Shown piece after piece: positions 19,537 through 20,000 of a DNA stretch of 20,000 nt. Origin of the DNA: Proteromonas lacertae (lineage: Eukaryota). Positions within the stretch are counted from its first letter, which is position 1. Each line of letters opens with the position of its first letter. The position numbers and the translations under genes are program-made. The stretch spans positions 121,904 through 141,903 of the forward strand of contig NGBS01001179.1 of assembly GCA_002245135.1 (NCBI GenBank), in the 5' to 3' direction. The notes beneath the pieces were generated by a model, which worked only from the letters and a program-made list of their open reading frames with translations, was not told the DNA's origin and did no database searches.

Positions 19537-20000
19537 TACATATTTAGTTAATAATTTATTATATTCATCATTTAATTCTTCAATTTTCTGTTCATATTCT
19601 TCAATCTTTTCATCATTATCACTATTATTATTATTAATTCTCATTTGTTGCTCTTCTTTCATAACTTTTTGTATTTCATTATATTTACTTAACAATGATT
19701 CATAATTACTCTCATCTTATCAATTGGTATTATTCAAATTCTCTATTTCTTCTTCATATTCATTCTTTGTATCTTCAGAATATGATAAATTATTCTCTAC
19801 TAAATAAGAGATATGAGGATAAATAACGTATTTAATATTTTGAATATCATTGCTTGATAATCATTATTAAAACTGTTTGTTTAGATTATTATTATTGTTC
19901 ATCATATGAGTATTATTTTTCATCATCTTCATATTCATTCATTTCATCATAATCATTATCTAATTTTGAATTTGTTCTCTGAGATTCAAATGATACATCT
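18058..20000 (-). CDS. Long coiled-coil protein, 3' part only (start beyond window), with tiny introns and several single-base frame breaks
   Basis: Heptad E/K/L/N-rich ORF pieces. Introns at 19505-19539 (35 nt), 19087-19125 (39), 18842-18871 (30) and 18184-18220 (37). Unexplained frame breaks lie near 19900, 19720, 19385, 19200, 19080 and 18090-18180. A plausible end is SNLEDQFTSQE-TAA at 18058-18060. Confidence 0.7.
19508..19534. repeat. (TAA)9 microsatellite making up most of a 35-nt intron
   Basis: Direct read of 19508-19534, inside the intron 19505-19539 of the coiled-coil gene. Confidence 0.85.

Noticed and set aside
1..20000. Alternative genetic code (stop-codon reassignment) as the cause of ORF fragmentation
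   Set aside because: Long ORFs (928, 737 and 548 aa) are uninterrupted in the standard code, and TAA, TAG and TGA all occur as terminal stops. Breaks are explained by introns or indels.
1..20000. Stop codons created solely by polyadenylation
   Set aside because: Every complete gene here has a genomically encoded stop at a sensible position, so no case requires it. Only the motif geometry is reported.

Overview
Very AT-rich, gene-dense eukaryotic nuclear DNA read with the standard genetic code. It holds nine protein-coding loci. I could reconstruct 17 tiny GT-AG spliceosomal introns of 25-39 nt (all GTA...TAG). Together with short intergenic spacers and TGTT-rich elements just after the stops, this suggests a Blastocystis-like stramenopile (inference). 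In order: (1) a frameshift-riddled Ig-like(He_PIG)+SPRY-like gene running in from the left edge; (2) an uncharacterised protein with a YRRNNK..CFPxH..H..FCG..SPPF..SARR domain, possibly Zn/DNA-binding; (3) a full-size PDR-type ABCG transporter with two +1 frame breaks and a degenerate NBD1, with triple GGTTGTTC motifs upstream; (4) a NEK-like pseudokinase; (5) an RNI-like LRR protein with a CBM-like domain and helical/EF-hand-like tail; (6) divergently from it, an OGFr_N-domain protein carrying three N-terminal WNNL repeats; (7) a ~1059-aa secreted, probably GPI-anchored protein with an internal ~410-aa duplication; (8) a secreted PTT-mucin + Q/N-rich protein; (9) a coiled-coil gene running in from the right edge with several frame breaks. 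Indels cluster at both window ends, which suggests consensus errors. No RNA genes, CRISPR arrays or mobile elements are supported.
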